Shown in pieces: positions 52,671-64,000 of a stretch of DNA of 64,000 nt. How positions within the stretch are numbered: position 1 is the first letter of the stretch; each line of letters opens with the position of its first letter. The stretch covers positions 18,125,675 to 18,189,674 of the forward strand of contig JARFYF010000053.1 of assembly GCA_030265395.1 (NCBI GenBank). The letters are read 5' to 3'. This DNA comes from Rhina ancylostomus (Eukaryota). The notes under the pieces are model-generated. The model was not told the DNA's origin, did no database searches, and saw nothing but the letters and a program-made list of their open reading frames with translations. Made by a program: the position numbers and the translations under genes.

Positions 52671-53924
52671 CTTCCTTGCTTCTTTTCTTTTGGTTACCAA
52701 TCATTTGGCCACTGCAAAATGTTTGTCTTTATTTACTTTGCCATTATTTTGGGATGCCTCAATCAAATCTCAATATATCTTCTGAACTTTCTCCACCAAA
52801 GAAAACAACCCATTCTTTGGCCTTTCACACAACTGAAATTCCTCATCATTGTTGTCATTCTGGTAAGTCACTTCTTCCCTGATTCTAAGACTTTGGACTC
52901 ATAAAGTTCAGCTTAAGTCTGGTTAAGATNNNNNNNNNNNNNNNNNNNNNNNNNNNNNNNNNNNNNNNNNNNNNNNNNNNNNNNNNNNNNNNNNNNNNNN
53001 NNNNNNNNNNNNNNNNNNNNNNNNNNNNNGGTTAAGATCTGCTTCAGTGTTCAAGGCCCATGCCATTTGCAGGTTTTGTTTGCATGGTAGAATTTCAATG
53101 CAAGTGATGTTGAACTGAGTATTGTACATCATCGGACATCACTCTATTTGCTCTGTGGCCTCCATCTGCATGCACCTGGTATGGAAGACCCAAATTAAAA
53201 ATCCACAAATGTGCTACTACTGCAAAATGTACACAATTACATTTAGCAATCAGTGCACAAAACACTTTAAAACTGAGGGCTGAGAGCTTTAACAACCTGA
53301 ACCTGCAACATAAATTAATATCTCAAATTATGTTCCTTCCTCCTTTGAACTTCATGCACTAAAATCAGAATAGAGCACCTTTAAACCTCTGAGTGCAATC
53401 ACCTGACAGTAAACCTTTTTGAAATGTGTGAAATACATCCTTAAATTGGAATCAGTAGTTAATCAGAATGCTGGACAATCAAAGAGACTACAATGAATCA
53501 AAGCCATTAAGATTGACTTACATAAACAACATTCCTTACTAGTGACAAAAAACCCAGCATCAAGGATATGCCCAGGGATATGTCTGTCTCATCTGTAACC
53601 TCTGTAAGACCCTTTGTTGGAGAGATATTGGAAAGCTGTGGAATGAGTATGATCTGGCATACCTAGGTATCCATGTCTCATTAACTTGGAGTCCCTCCAG
53701 GGCACATACATGGTTGTTTGAAGTGATTGACACCTACAGAAATGAAACCTTTTGATGCATTCATCAATCAGAATGATCATTTGAATAAAAAAGGAATTTT
53801 CTCTGAATATCAAAGTATATAGAAATGGGCAGTACATACTAACCTTGCCAGTGATACACATAAAATCCAGTCATGTACAGGGCAGTAAAGCTTCTTAAAA
53901 TATGATAATTTGATCCAGAAAACA

Positions 53925-54075
53925 TAATGCTGGAGGAACTCAGCAGGTCATGCATCTGTGAATGGAAGCGGACACTCAATGTTTTGGGTCGAAACCCTTC
54001 ACCTGGATTCCACAGAAGCTGCTGGACCCATGATTTCCTCCAGCATTTTGTTTATTGCTCCAGATCCCAGCATCT
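53925..54075. mobile_element. Compact inverted pair of PLE termini with one decayed hammerhead on the minus strand
   Basis: aatgctggaggaactca...gcatctgtg pairs with cacagaagc...tgatttcctccagcatt. Minus 53974-54009 reads aatc-CAGGTGA-a-gggtt-tc-gaccc-AAAA-ca-TT-gagt. Confidence 0.75.
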
Positions 54076-54424
54076 ATTCTCTCTTCTCCCTCCTTCCATT
54101 GGACAGAAGATACAAAAGTTTGAAAACATGCACCACCAGGCTCAAGGACAGCTTCTATCCTGGTATTACAAGACTCTTGAATGGACCTCTCGCATGATAA
54201 AGATGAACTCTTGATCTCTCAATCTACCTCATTATGGTCCTTATTGCCCACCTGCATTGCACTATCTCTGTAACTGAAACATTATATTCTGCATTGTGTT
54301 ATTGCTTTTCACTATATACTACCTCAACGTACTTGTGTCTTGAAATGATTTTGATGGATAGCATGGAAAACAAAGCTTTTCACTGTATCTTGGACATGTG
54401 ATGATAATAAACCAATTACCAATC
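54076..54424 (+). mobile_element. Rex1/Babar 3' end
   Basis: SLFSLLPLDRRYKSLKTCTTRLKDSFYPGITRLLN plus 3'UTR ending acatgtgatgataataaaccaattaccaat. Confidence 0.9.
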
Positions 54425-56599
54425 CTATGTGGCCACTTGATCTAGTCTGTTGCCTGGATTCACTGCATACAGCCCCTGCCCACTCGTAATCATTTGGGCC
54501 AGAGAGAAAGGTTGGATGATTTGACTCTCCACTCCTGGGAGTTGGACACTGTGTAATTGCAAGGCCTGAAGGGGAACTAACATCAGTGAGTGAACTGCTG
54601 AGGCTCTGCCCCCAGAACACCCTGACAGGCTTGTACATGAGGTGAGGCTGTTCATGGATTCTCCTCTGCTGTCAAAACTGGGAGTTTTTTTTTACATTTT
54701 TGATTTGCAAGGAACTTTTGAGAGCATTTTTAATAATTCTAATGTTAATTATTTAACACACTTTTAATAGTTTTTTTAAATGACTTGACATTTTAAAGCT
54801 ATTATTAAGTGTAATAAATAATTAACTTTCAAAATTATTAAAAATGCTTTCAAATAAAAGAAAATAAAATTGATTCACAAACCATTTAAACACATAGAAA
54901 TAATTGATAACGTTAAGATATGTACAAAATCTAATCGACATTTTCCCCCTAATCTCCAGATCATGAATTCTCATTCAAATGAATGGGGATTGCAAACTTG
55001 TTCCAGGTCTGCCAGGCACTGGATTTCTCATTGTGCTGCACATTTAGGTCTTGCGAATGGACTCCATGTGGAGTGGCAGATGAGCCAGCATCTGTTATTC
55101 AGCTCCACCCAGACTGACATTTTGACTGTATCCAGGATATACTTACCTGGGAGTGGCTGAACTCCTCTTGCTTCCCTCTTATACCACCTGCCATAGCCAG
55201 CAAAAAAAACTTACCCATAAAGTTAAAGATAAATGCCAAATTCCAGAAATAAACCGCAGTATGTCTATTATATGCATCAGTGTTTTGCATCAGTGCAAAT
55301 TTAACATTAGGAGTAATAGAAGAAAGCATATTGTGTTTCTGATCATGGACATCTGACTTTAACTTATTCGGCATGGTTTTTTTAAGTTCCTGCCTTATTA
55401 ACTGGAATGCATGACTGGTGAGTCAGATAACTGAGAAAAGGATTGATGGAACACATGAAACCTAACATTCAAAATAACAGAACTATTTTATCATTTAATT
55501 CTCGGTTTTCTGGCAGGTAGTGTCAGGATTTACATTTTGTTTTCATCCAAGTTTTTCATTTCCATGAAGGAATATATGCGTAATCTCATATGACTAAGCA
55601 AGAAGTATCTTCCCAAAGCTGTACACTGTGATTAAACATGAAGCATGACATTTCCTTGGAGAAATAGGAAGGCTTAAGAATATGGAAATCAATCTGACCA
55701 AGTGAAAATTCCTTCAATTAGTCATGGTTATATAATTGTTCAGCTTGTTCCCAGTATGTGGAATTTTTGAATAAAATAAAAGCAATTTTAGAAATGGAAA
55801 TAATATGGTAATCTCCTCAAAATACCAACATAATTTGAAAATGCTCCAAATTATGGACTGGAATTTTGTGGTCATTTATCTGATTTCAGTTTTGAATAAG
55901 TACTTCAGATCATTTGTATGTGCCAATTACAGAAGGAATTCATGCAAGATAATTATTTGAGATAGACTCAAGGGAAGCTTAAAAGCAAATGGAATTTGCT
56001 TTAAAATATTTACTGGGATAGACTGTCTTCCCATCACTGATACTTCTGTTGGATTTGCCTGCATTTCTTGACATCAGAAGTCCAATGATAGTCAAAATTA
56101 GTCATGGCATCAGTTCTGTTTCCTGTCTGTCCATTCACTGCTTTGGAGAGCATGGAACAATGCATATTTCCACAGATTTTCCAAAACCTGGTGTGGTTTA
56201 ATTAGGCATCATTGAATTCAATTGGAAGAAATGGTTGCAAGGAAAATAGTAAGTGCACCTTTTTATTTGATTTAATTCAATTCATTCAAATATATTTAAT
56301 TGTTTTAAGTGTTTGTGCGATTCTCTTTAGCATTTTAATTTGTTTTAATTAATGCATTTAATTCTGATATTTTTATTTTCTAATACTTCTCAAATGTTTC
56401 TGAATGCTAGTGAAAGACAATGATGTTCACAAAATTTTAATTTCACTGACAGTTTTAACAGTGAGTGAGCTTGGAGGCAGGGCTTCCCTGTTTTTGGAGA
56501 CCTTGCTTGGAATACAGCCAAACACTTACACTGGGAGAGTTGCTAGACAATGCCGGGGCATGATCAGGAGCTGTCCTCATCGTGGAAAAGTGAAAAGGT

Positions 56600-56930
56600 A
56601 CTTGATTGAGGGGTCTTGACGGGTTGGATGTGGAGAGGATGTTACCTCTTGTGGGGGAACCTTGAACCTGAGTGGTCGTCCTGTTCAGACAGAGATAAGG
56701 TAAAATTTACTTTTCTCCCAGATGGTCGTGAGTTTGGAATTCTCTTCCTCAAAGGAAGTGGAAATAGATCCTTTGCAGTTTTAAAGCACAAGGGTATTCT
56801 TGATAAGTAACTGGGTAAAAGATTACCAGAGGAGGTGGAGTTGAGGTTAGAAACGGATCAGTCATGATCTTATTAAATGGCATCCAGGGTCTAGGGGCAG
56901 AGTGGCCTACTCATACTGATTTGTCTGTTT
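56600..56930 (+). mobile_element. Old CR1 3' end
   Basis: gaggggtcttgacgggttggatgtggagaggatgttacctcttgtggg...ggggcagagtggcctactc. Confidence 0.75.
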
Positions 56931-57025
56931 GTACTTGTTTAAGAGTTAGCTGTGATATGAAATGCAAGTCCAAAACCTGGACATTGTTTTCCATGTACTA
57001 ATGCAGAACAATTCTATTGCAGGTA

Positions 57026-57349
57026 GAATATTTTGTTCATTTATAAAGCTTCTGAAGATGATGTATTCATTTGAGGATTCTTGATCTGTGCTTCTTATAT
57101 TTAAATAGCTCTGAATCCTGGTTAAGTAATGGGACAGATCCTCAACTGCCCCAGGGGAGTGATCAGCCTGTCCTGAGAAAAACAATCTGGCCCAAGGGCA
57201 AGTGCATGACTCTCTTGAGGCAACTGAAGATCTGTGTCTTATTTAACCAGGATTCAGTATGATTTAAATGTCAAAAGCACAGATTGGAAAGATGAAAAAC
57301 ATTCAAATGAACATAATGATCCCAGAAGGTATATGGACGGAATATTTTC
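57026..57349. repeat. Long imperfect inverted repeat (~150 bp arms, short loop near 57185)
   Basis: Arms align throughout, e.g. ctgaatcctggttaa / ttaaccaggattcag. The ORF track shows YLTRIQ..LN..STD on both strands. Confidence 0.9.
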
Positions 57350-57694
57350 TCTCATGAGAAAACATTCTCCCCACTTTCACCCAATCAAGAGCTCCAGGAT
57401 CTTATATGCTTCAGTCAAGTTGCATTTCATTCTACTAAACTCCAGTGGACACAAGCTGAGCCTGTCCAAGCTTCCCTCAGCAGACAACTAATGTAGTATG
57501 CAGGTATGACACATCAAGTAAATGTTATGAGCAAATTTCTACCCTGGCTCCCTGAATGGTAATCCAAACCTAAATAGAATTACATTAAAGGAGAATATTA
57601 GTAAGTTACAGTTTGTGTAGAGGATATTTTTCTCTCAAATGTTGAATATCATGGAAGAAATTTTAAAAATGCAAGATTCATTGTGGGTCTTGAA

Positions 57695-57852
57695 GACACA
57701 AGAGACTGCAAATACTGGAATCTGGAGCAAAAAACAAACTGTTGAAGGAACTCAGCAGGTCAAGCAGGATACTGAGCCAAAATGTCGATCATCCCTTTAC
57801 CTCCACAGATGCTACTCGATTGCTGAGTTCCTCCAACAGTTTGTTTTTTGCT
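57695..57852. mobile_element. Compact inverted pair of PLE termini (hairpin)
   Basis: 57726-57757 and 57821-57852 are reverse complements at 31 of 32 positions. Confidence 0.85.
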
Positions 57853-58679
57853 AATTATTTGTCAAGATGCTCATGCTGAAACCGTCCAGTACTTTGTTAT
57901 CTGGATGGGTTCCCAGTGGCCTGTGCATTTGCTTGTTCCCATGAGAATATCTTTGTATTTGTAAAGAATTTTTCAGTTATTCTCAGTTGCATTTTTCTAT
58001 ATAGGAAAGGTTACAAATCCTATGCCAACCACCCATCCAAATCATTGAAAAAATAGCTTTAAAATGTTGGGAAGGGACAGAGGAAATTGGATCACAGTGG
58101 ACTGCTCCCATTTAAGAGCAAAGAGTAGCACAGATGGATTGTGCTAAGTGAGTCTCAATGTAATATAATTTCTGTCATGCTATAAATCAGGGGAGAAAAA
58201 AGACAGATTGTAAGGATATTAAAACTCCTGAATATTTGAAACATGTTGTTAAAATTTTCCCGAGGTGAGAAAATCAAGATACACAATCCTTTTTGTAGTA
58301 TTATTAGGTGATCACCAATGCTAAAAATCTAACTGGAGAGAGAGATAAAAAGAACATAATTGAAGCTTGCATTGACTGAGACCAGTCTTGAAATTCTGTT
58401 TGAATGAATCCTATCTATTAATAAAACGGAATTTGAGCTCGCTTCCAACAGTTTGAATTGCTCCCTTTATGAGAGGTAGTATTGACATTGGGGCTAATTT
58501 TAACTTAATCTGTCAGGAAACTGATATGATCACGTGAACACTCGTTTTACACCCCACCTGCATTTATTCTGCATTGGATGTGATGTAGAAGTGATATTTC
58601 ACTGGTCCTGTGAGTTTTTATCCGGTGAGTTAGGTTATTAATATTATTAACATCTGTCTCTTCTTCTAACTTGCTTTAA

Positions 58680-59960
58680 TAGTTGTCCCTCGGACTCAAG
58701 GCTGTCCACTCCAGTTCTGTGGGTTCTGAGGTGACCTGTGAGCCTCATGTGGGACCCACAAACATTTCCACAGATGGGGTAGGGGGTGCCTGATGAAATG
58801 GGTGAGTGGTGCACTGCAGCTGCTGTTGATGCTGTGCTTCTGCATGCTCCCAATGCATGGAGCTTAGGTTCTCAACCTCACTCTAAACACTCTACTCCAG
58901 TTTGATTGATCATGGACCAGGGATTCTCAGGAGTCAGTGGGCATGTTACATTTCTTCAGGAAGGCTTTGAGGANNNNNNNNNNNNNNNNNNNNNNNNNNN
59001 NNNNNNNNNNNNNNNNNNNNNNNNNNNNNNNNNNNNNNNNNNNNNNNNNTCAGGCATGTGAGTGATGTGACTGGCCAAGCAGAGCCAAGTGTGTATAATT
59101 AGGGCCTCAGTGTCAGTGATGTCAGCCTAGGAAAGGATTCATTCACTTATTTGTTAAGTTGTGGAGGATTTTGCAGAGGCAGTGTTGGTGGAATCTCTCC
59201 AATGCCTCAAGGTGCCTGCTGTAAGTAGTCCAAGTCTCAGAAACATATAGGAGGGTAGGGATCACTACTGCCCAATAGACCATGAATTTTGTGCCAGGTT
59301 TGAGGTCTTGATCTTCAAACACCCTTCTCTTCATTCAGCCAAACCCCATGCTGCTACATTGAAAGTGATGGTGAATTTCACCAGTGATATTTGTCTTTGC
59401 CAAAATTTGGCTACCGAGATATGGAAATAGTCCATATTTTGTAAAGTCCTGCTGCAAACCTTTATTGTCAGAGGGCAGTGTTGGACAGTGAGAGAAAGGT
59501 GGTAGAGGAAGTTTATTTTCCACATGTTTAGTGTGAGTCCGATCCTCTTGTATGCTTCAGGGAATGAGTCAATGATGACTTAGAGCTCAGCCTCTGAATG
59601 GATGCACCATTTGTTTACTGCAGCTCAATGACTGAGGTTGAAGTGAACTTTGTTCTGTTGATGAGTTGAAGATTCTTACATTTGTCCTTTAGGTTAGTTC
59701 CACTCTGGTCAGAAACTTGTTGGAGGTGAAGTGTAGCATTGCGACAAGAATGATCAATAACGGCGGCAGGGCAATTGCACAATCTTTCTTTATGCTGGTC
59801 TGCACTAAGAATGGCTCTTTCCACAAGGACCACAGGCAGCAAATGTACCTTGCAATGGTTGGTTTACATATTTGGATCTACCAAGCAAATAGTTGCTCCT
59901 TTCAAGTGGATGTCATGTGATTGAATGGCAGTTCTACTTGGAGACATCAAGTCCCAGCAC
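58680..59960 (-). mobile_element. RTE-clade LINE 3' part
   Basis: RRVFEDQDLKPGTKFMVYWAVVIPTLLYVSETWT, FPYLGS and a terminal C2H2-like ICGNVCGSHMRLTGHLRTH. Confidence 0.9.
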
Positions 59961-61429
59961 TGTCAACCCCAGATATCTGTTGTCAGCAGAATTGGAACCA
60001 GACCATGCAGGTTGAAAATATATTAAACCCTCTCACATTCAGTCTGAGTGTGCTAACACCTGATCTAAGCATAAATTGTTCCTCAGTTATCTGCTCTTTA
60101 AAAAGAACTGAACATGCAAGTACAGTCTATCCACTATCAAATGTCATCAAAAGTTATCAGAAATTGAACATTAAATATAAAACAATATCTGCTTTTGACA
60201 AAAAATTTCTAAATTTGCTCATGAATAATGATCTGAATTATTAAAAAGGCTATAAAATGAGAATTAACAAGATCATTGTTTTAAAATTCCTGGATGTTGA
60301 GATCTTGATCTGAGTATAATCTTTGTTTCAGTTTAGTATTCCTTGATGAATAATACAGTATATCCATCAGTATTCAGACCTACAGTGACTCACCTGTCAA
60401 AATTTTAGTAATGTTTTACGAGTAAAGGTCACATTTGCAATGCAATATGTAATTTTCTTTTATTTGTTTTGGAGTAAAACATCAAATTTATTTCACAAAA
60501 GATTTTTGTGTGAATACTATGCTGCTCCAGGGAGGGATCTTGAAGCTGGCCAACAGAAAACCTTGCACTTTGGTCTCCCAGTGTTGGGAAAAAGTCAACA
60601 TGGTCAGGGAAAGTAAATTAGACATACATTAAATTCCCCTCAAGTTTGCCTGAACAATGCAGTTCAGGACCATTCTCAGAAGAGCCTAATTTTTTTTCCG
60701 CTTCCTACACACACCATCTGAACAAAACTGTAGCATTAAATAGCAACACCAAGTGCACCAGAGCAATGGCAAAGTGAAAGGATTAGGAGGGAACTGCAAA
60801 TGTTCCATTCATCTTTCAAAAGAATGAAACACAGTCAAGAGGAGAGCCAGTTTTAAACACCTGAACAGAGCTGAGGAACAGAGGAAAAGGATATCTGATT
60901 CTCAAATGGAACCAATCTAAATATGAGTAATTATAAGTTTGATAGGTAACAGGCTGATGTGTGATACCCTCCTCCTCCCAATCTTCCTCCCTCCTCTTCC
61001 AGCAGTTTATACCATCTATTTGCTTTCTGCTCACTCTCCTAGTCATTCTGCATTCCAAGAAAATTGGCTACTAATGCTTCCAAGTCTGGGAATGTATGGT
61101 TTGTATGAAGTTTTGAAGTCAGCTAAAAATAGTTCAGTTCTTGCCACTTTGAACCGCAGATTTTTATGGTGTGAATCTATAACAGAATCTATAACAAATG
61201 CCCATAGAAATGTAGCAACAACCAGAAGAACCAGCAACTAACCTGTAAATGCCTGTTGATTCTTTTTAAGTAGCACAGACTGGGGGTCATTCCAGTTTAT
61301 GAATGCATGGGGTTATCTGACTCCAATATCTGCCTCTTCTGCTTATTTTTGGGGGATTCCATGTGTAATAAAACATGAATTAACAAGGTTCCAGGTGTAA
61401 TGCTTGCAGATCATATCATATGATCACAC

Positions 61430-61605
61430 AAACATGTGAATTAGAAAGAAATACACAACAGTACAGCACAAGAATAGGCCTTTGGGCCCACAATGTCATT
61501 CGGATCAGGAGTAGGCCACTTAGCTCCTTGAGCCTACTCCACCTTCAGTGTGATCTTGGCTGATCTAAGTGCAACCTCAGCTCTGCATTCCTGACTACCC
61601 CATTG
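61430..61605 (-). mobile_element. Two CR1-type tails on the minus strand abutting the 5' end of a plus-strand CR1
   Basis: acagtacagcacaagaataggcctttgggccc and caggagtaggccacttagctccttgagcctactccacc are reverse complements of CR1 tails. Confidence 0.7.
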
Positions 61606-61609
61606 CAGA

Positions 61610-62590
61610 AATTTGGTCGAGAGAAGGGCAGGACTGGCAGCTCAGTGCTCCAGGGTATAGATGGTTCAGACATGACAGAGAGGGATGTAAAAGGGTGGGG
61701 CAGCTGCATTACTGATTAGGGAGAATGTCACGGATTTATTAAGAGAGGACATCTTGGAGGACTCATCCAGCAAGGCCATATGCTTGGAACTCACGAATAA
61801 GAAAGGTGCAATCACTATGCTGGTGTTATAGCCCAATAGCCAGCAGGAACTAGGGCAACAGATATGCAGGTAGATTATGGAAAAGTATAAAAACAACAGT
61901 TATTGTAGTGGGTGCTGCAGAACAGAGGGACCTTGGAGTACAAGTAGATGGTTCCCAAGTGGAGTCACAGGGAGACAGAGTGGTGAAGAAGGTTTTTGGC
62001 ATTCAGGCCTTCATCAGTCAGGGCACTGAGTATAAAAGTTGGGAGGTCATGGTGTGGTTGCACAGGACTTGGAGTATTGTGTTCAGTTTTGGTCGTCCTG
62101 CTTTTGGAAAGATGTTATTGAAGTGGAAAGAGTGCAGAAAAGATTTGCAAGGATTTGCCAGGACTTGAGTTATAAGGAGAGTTAGACAGGCGAGGACTTT
62201 ATTCCTTGGAGCATAGCAGACTATGAGTTGATTCCACAGAAGTGTATAAAATCAAGAGAGGTATAGATAGGGTAAATGCACTAAGTCTCTTTTACAGGAT
62301 TGGGGAATCAAGAATTAGAGGGCATAGGTTTAAGGTGAGAGGGGAAAGATTTAATAGAAAATTGACAGGCAACTTTTTAACGTGGAATGAGCTGCCAGGG
62401 GAAGTGGCTGTGGCAGGAACAATAACAACTTTTAAAAGACAGTTGTACAGGTACATGGATCAGAAAGATTCAGAAGGTTATTGGCTAAACGCTAGCAAAT
62501 GGGACGAGCTTGGATAGGGCACCTTGGTCAGCATGGACCAGATGGGCTGAAGGGGCTGCTTCTGTGCTGTATAACTCCCTGAACTCTTTT
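61610..62590 (+). mobile_element. CR1 LINE with large internal deletion (endonuclease fragment joined to 3' end)
   Basis: QDWQLSAPGYRWFRHDRE..ALLIRENV..LELTNKKGAITML joined at ~61905 to EQRDLGVQV...RIRGHRFKVRGERF and the tail. Confidence 0.85.
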
Positions 62591-62939
62591 AACTCTATAA
62601 TACTTTTGTATGAAATTGTTTAATTTTCCTCTATAATTGGTTAATATCTTCTATAACAAAAATCATTTTCTGCCCTCCTTATCTTTTCAGCTTCAGCGAA
62701 TTCACTGACATCTTACATTTACAGCAGCTGGCTCACATTGCTTAGAGAATAGTGGGACTCAGAGTATTGGCATTCAATCCTCTTATGACAAAGAAAGTAC
62801 CTCTGGCTTTTGCATGTGCATGTCTTTAAGCTTCTCTGAAAATCGAGTGAGCTAACATTTAATGGGATGAAGTTTGACTTAAGTTGTCATTGTTTTATTC
62901 CACAAGTGTGATGAATGAGCAAAGTACCAATCATGTAAG

Positions 62940-63290
62940 TGGTGGTACAGAGGTGCAATTAACAGAGTTGTTGCCTCTGAGTTCCAGCAACCTGGGTTCA
63001 ATCCTGATCTCCCATTCCAGCTGTATGAAGTTTGGGCATTCTCTGCATGACCACATAGATTTTTTCCTGGATGCTCCAGTTTCCCCCTACATCCCAAAAG
63101 TCATGCTGGTTGGTAGGTTAATGTAAATTGCCCCCACGGTGTAGCTAATTGTAGAATCTGGTGGGAGTTAATGGGAATTTGTGGAGAATGAAAACAGGAT
63201 TTGTATAGGATTAGTGCAAATGGGTGCTTGATGGATGACACAGATTTAGGAGCCAAAGGACCTATTTCCATGTTATATGAGTCTATGATT
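62940..63290 (+). mobile_element. HE1-like V-SINE with CR1-type tail
   Basis: Head ggtggtacag...gggttcaatcc, V-domain and tail aaggacctatttccatgttatatgagtctatg; same family as 9930-10188. Confidence 0.85.
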
Positions 63291-64000
63291 CCACAGCCAC
63301 TTCAGTTGAACAAACAGCTTGAACTGAGCAATTCACTGCAGAATCCTCCTATCCTGCATTCTCCTGTATTTGCAATGATGTGAGATTCTGACTTCTCCAC
63401 TATGAATTAAGCTGTATTTAGGTGATTTATCTTTTGTCCATATAGTGAAAGGAAAATATCCAGGGAGGTTTGTTGTCGGGATCGTCTAATCCTTTGGGGG
63501 TATTGTGGCAGAGTATTCGTGGAACCTCTGGAGGAACAACCAATGTTTATGGCCATTTCCTCCATTTCTTGAAGAATGCAGACAGTTTTCAAGTGGAGGA
63601 ACAACAGGCAAAAGAAACAGAACAAAGAAACCCTTGTGAAATTCAGCAGACTTCGCAAGGAATACAATGAGGCTGCAGCAAGTGGCATCTGCTGACAAAT
63701 ATGGAGTATGAAATGAACTTCGCCTGACAAAATGTGACAGTGCCATATCCTGGACAAAGCCAACTCATTGGTCAGTTATAATGACTTGTAGCTGATAGAA
63801 ACATAATGCAGTGCAACGTGACAGAAATTTGTCATTTTTTATGTCCTATAATATTATCAAAATACTGATTTATTTGTCTTGTACAGAAGTGGGGTCTTCA
63901 CACAGAAATGACATGTTTAATAAGATCAAGGAAGCTGATGATTCTTGTTGCCTATAGCAAAGATTAAACCCCATTTGTAGAGTTGTAATCTCAGGGATTT

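Noticed and set aside
58700-58800. C2H2 zinc-finger-like peptide
   Set aside because: It is the C-terminus of the RTE LINE ORF, not a host gene.

Overview
Eukaryotic, AT-rich, repeat-dense, apparently non-coding window (gene desert or large intron) from a draft assembly with many N gaps. The repeat families point to a cartilaginous fish, probably a ray (inference): HE1-like V-SINEs, HER1/CR1, a SacSINE1/Deu-SINE, Rex1/Babar, RTE, Penelope-like elements (PLE) and decayed Gypsy. No host protein-coding exon could be recognised, and the recognisable ORF-track hits are retroelement remnants. The main signal is a dispersed PLE terminal repeat carrying a minimal type-I hammerhead ribozyme motif (stemI-CUGANGA-a-stemII-GAAA-CG-UH-stemI), with about 7 readable cores. 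These termini repeatedly occur as inverted pairs that shrink to 120-160 bp hairpins. Other notable items are a Rex1 fragment with a 3' tail at both ends, V-SINEs with swapped LINE tails, an LTR with a perfect 5-bp TSD, an unexplained ~325 bp palindrome, and a duplicated hairpin unit. All family calls are by eye, and boundaries of decayed elements are approximate.
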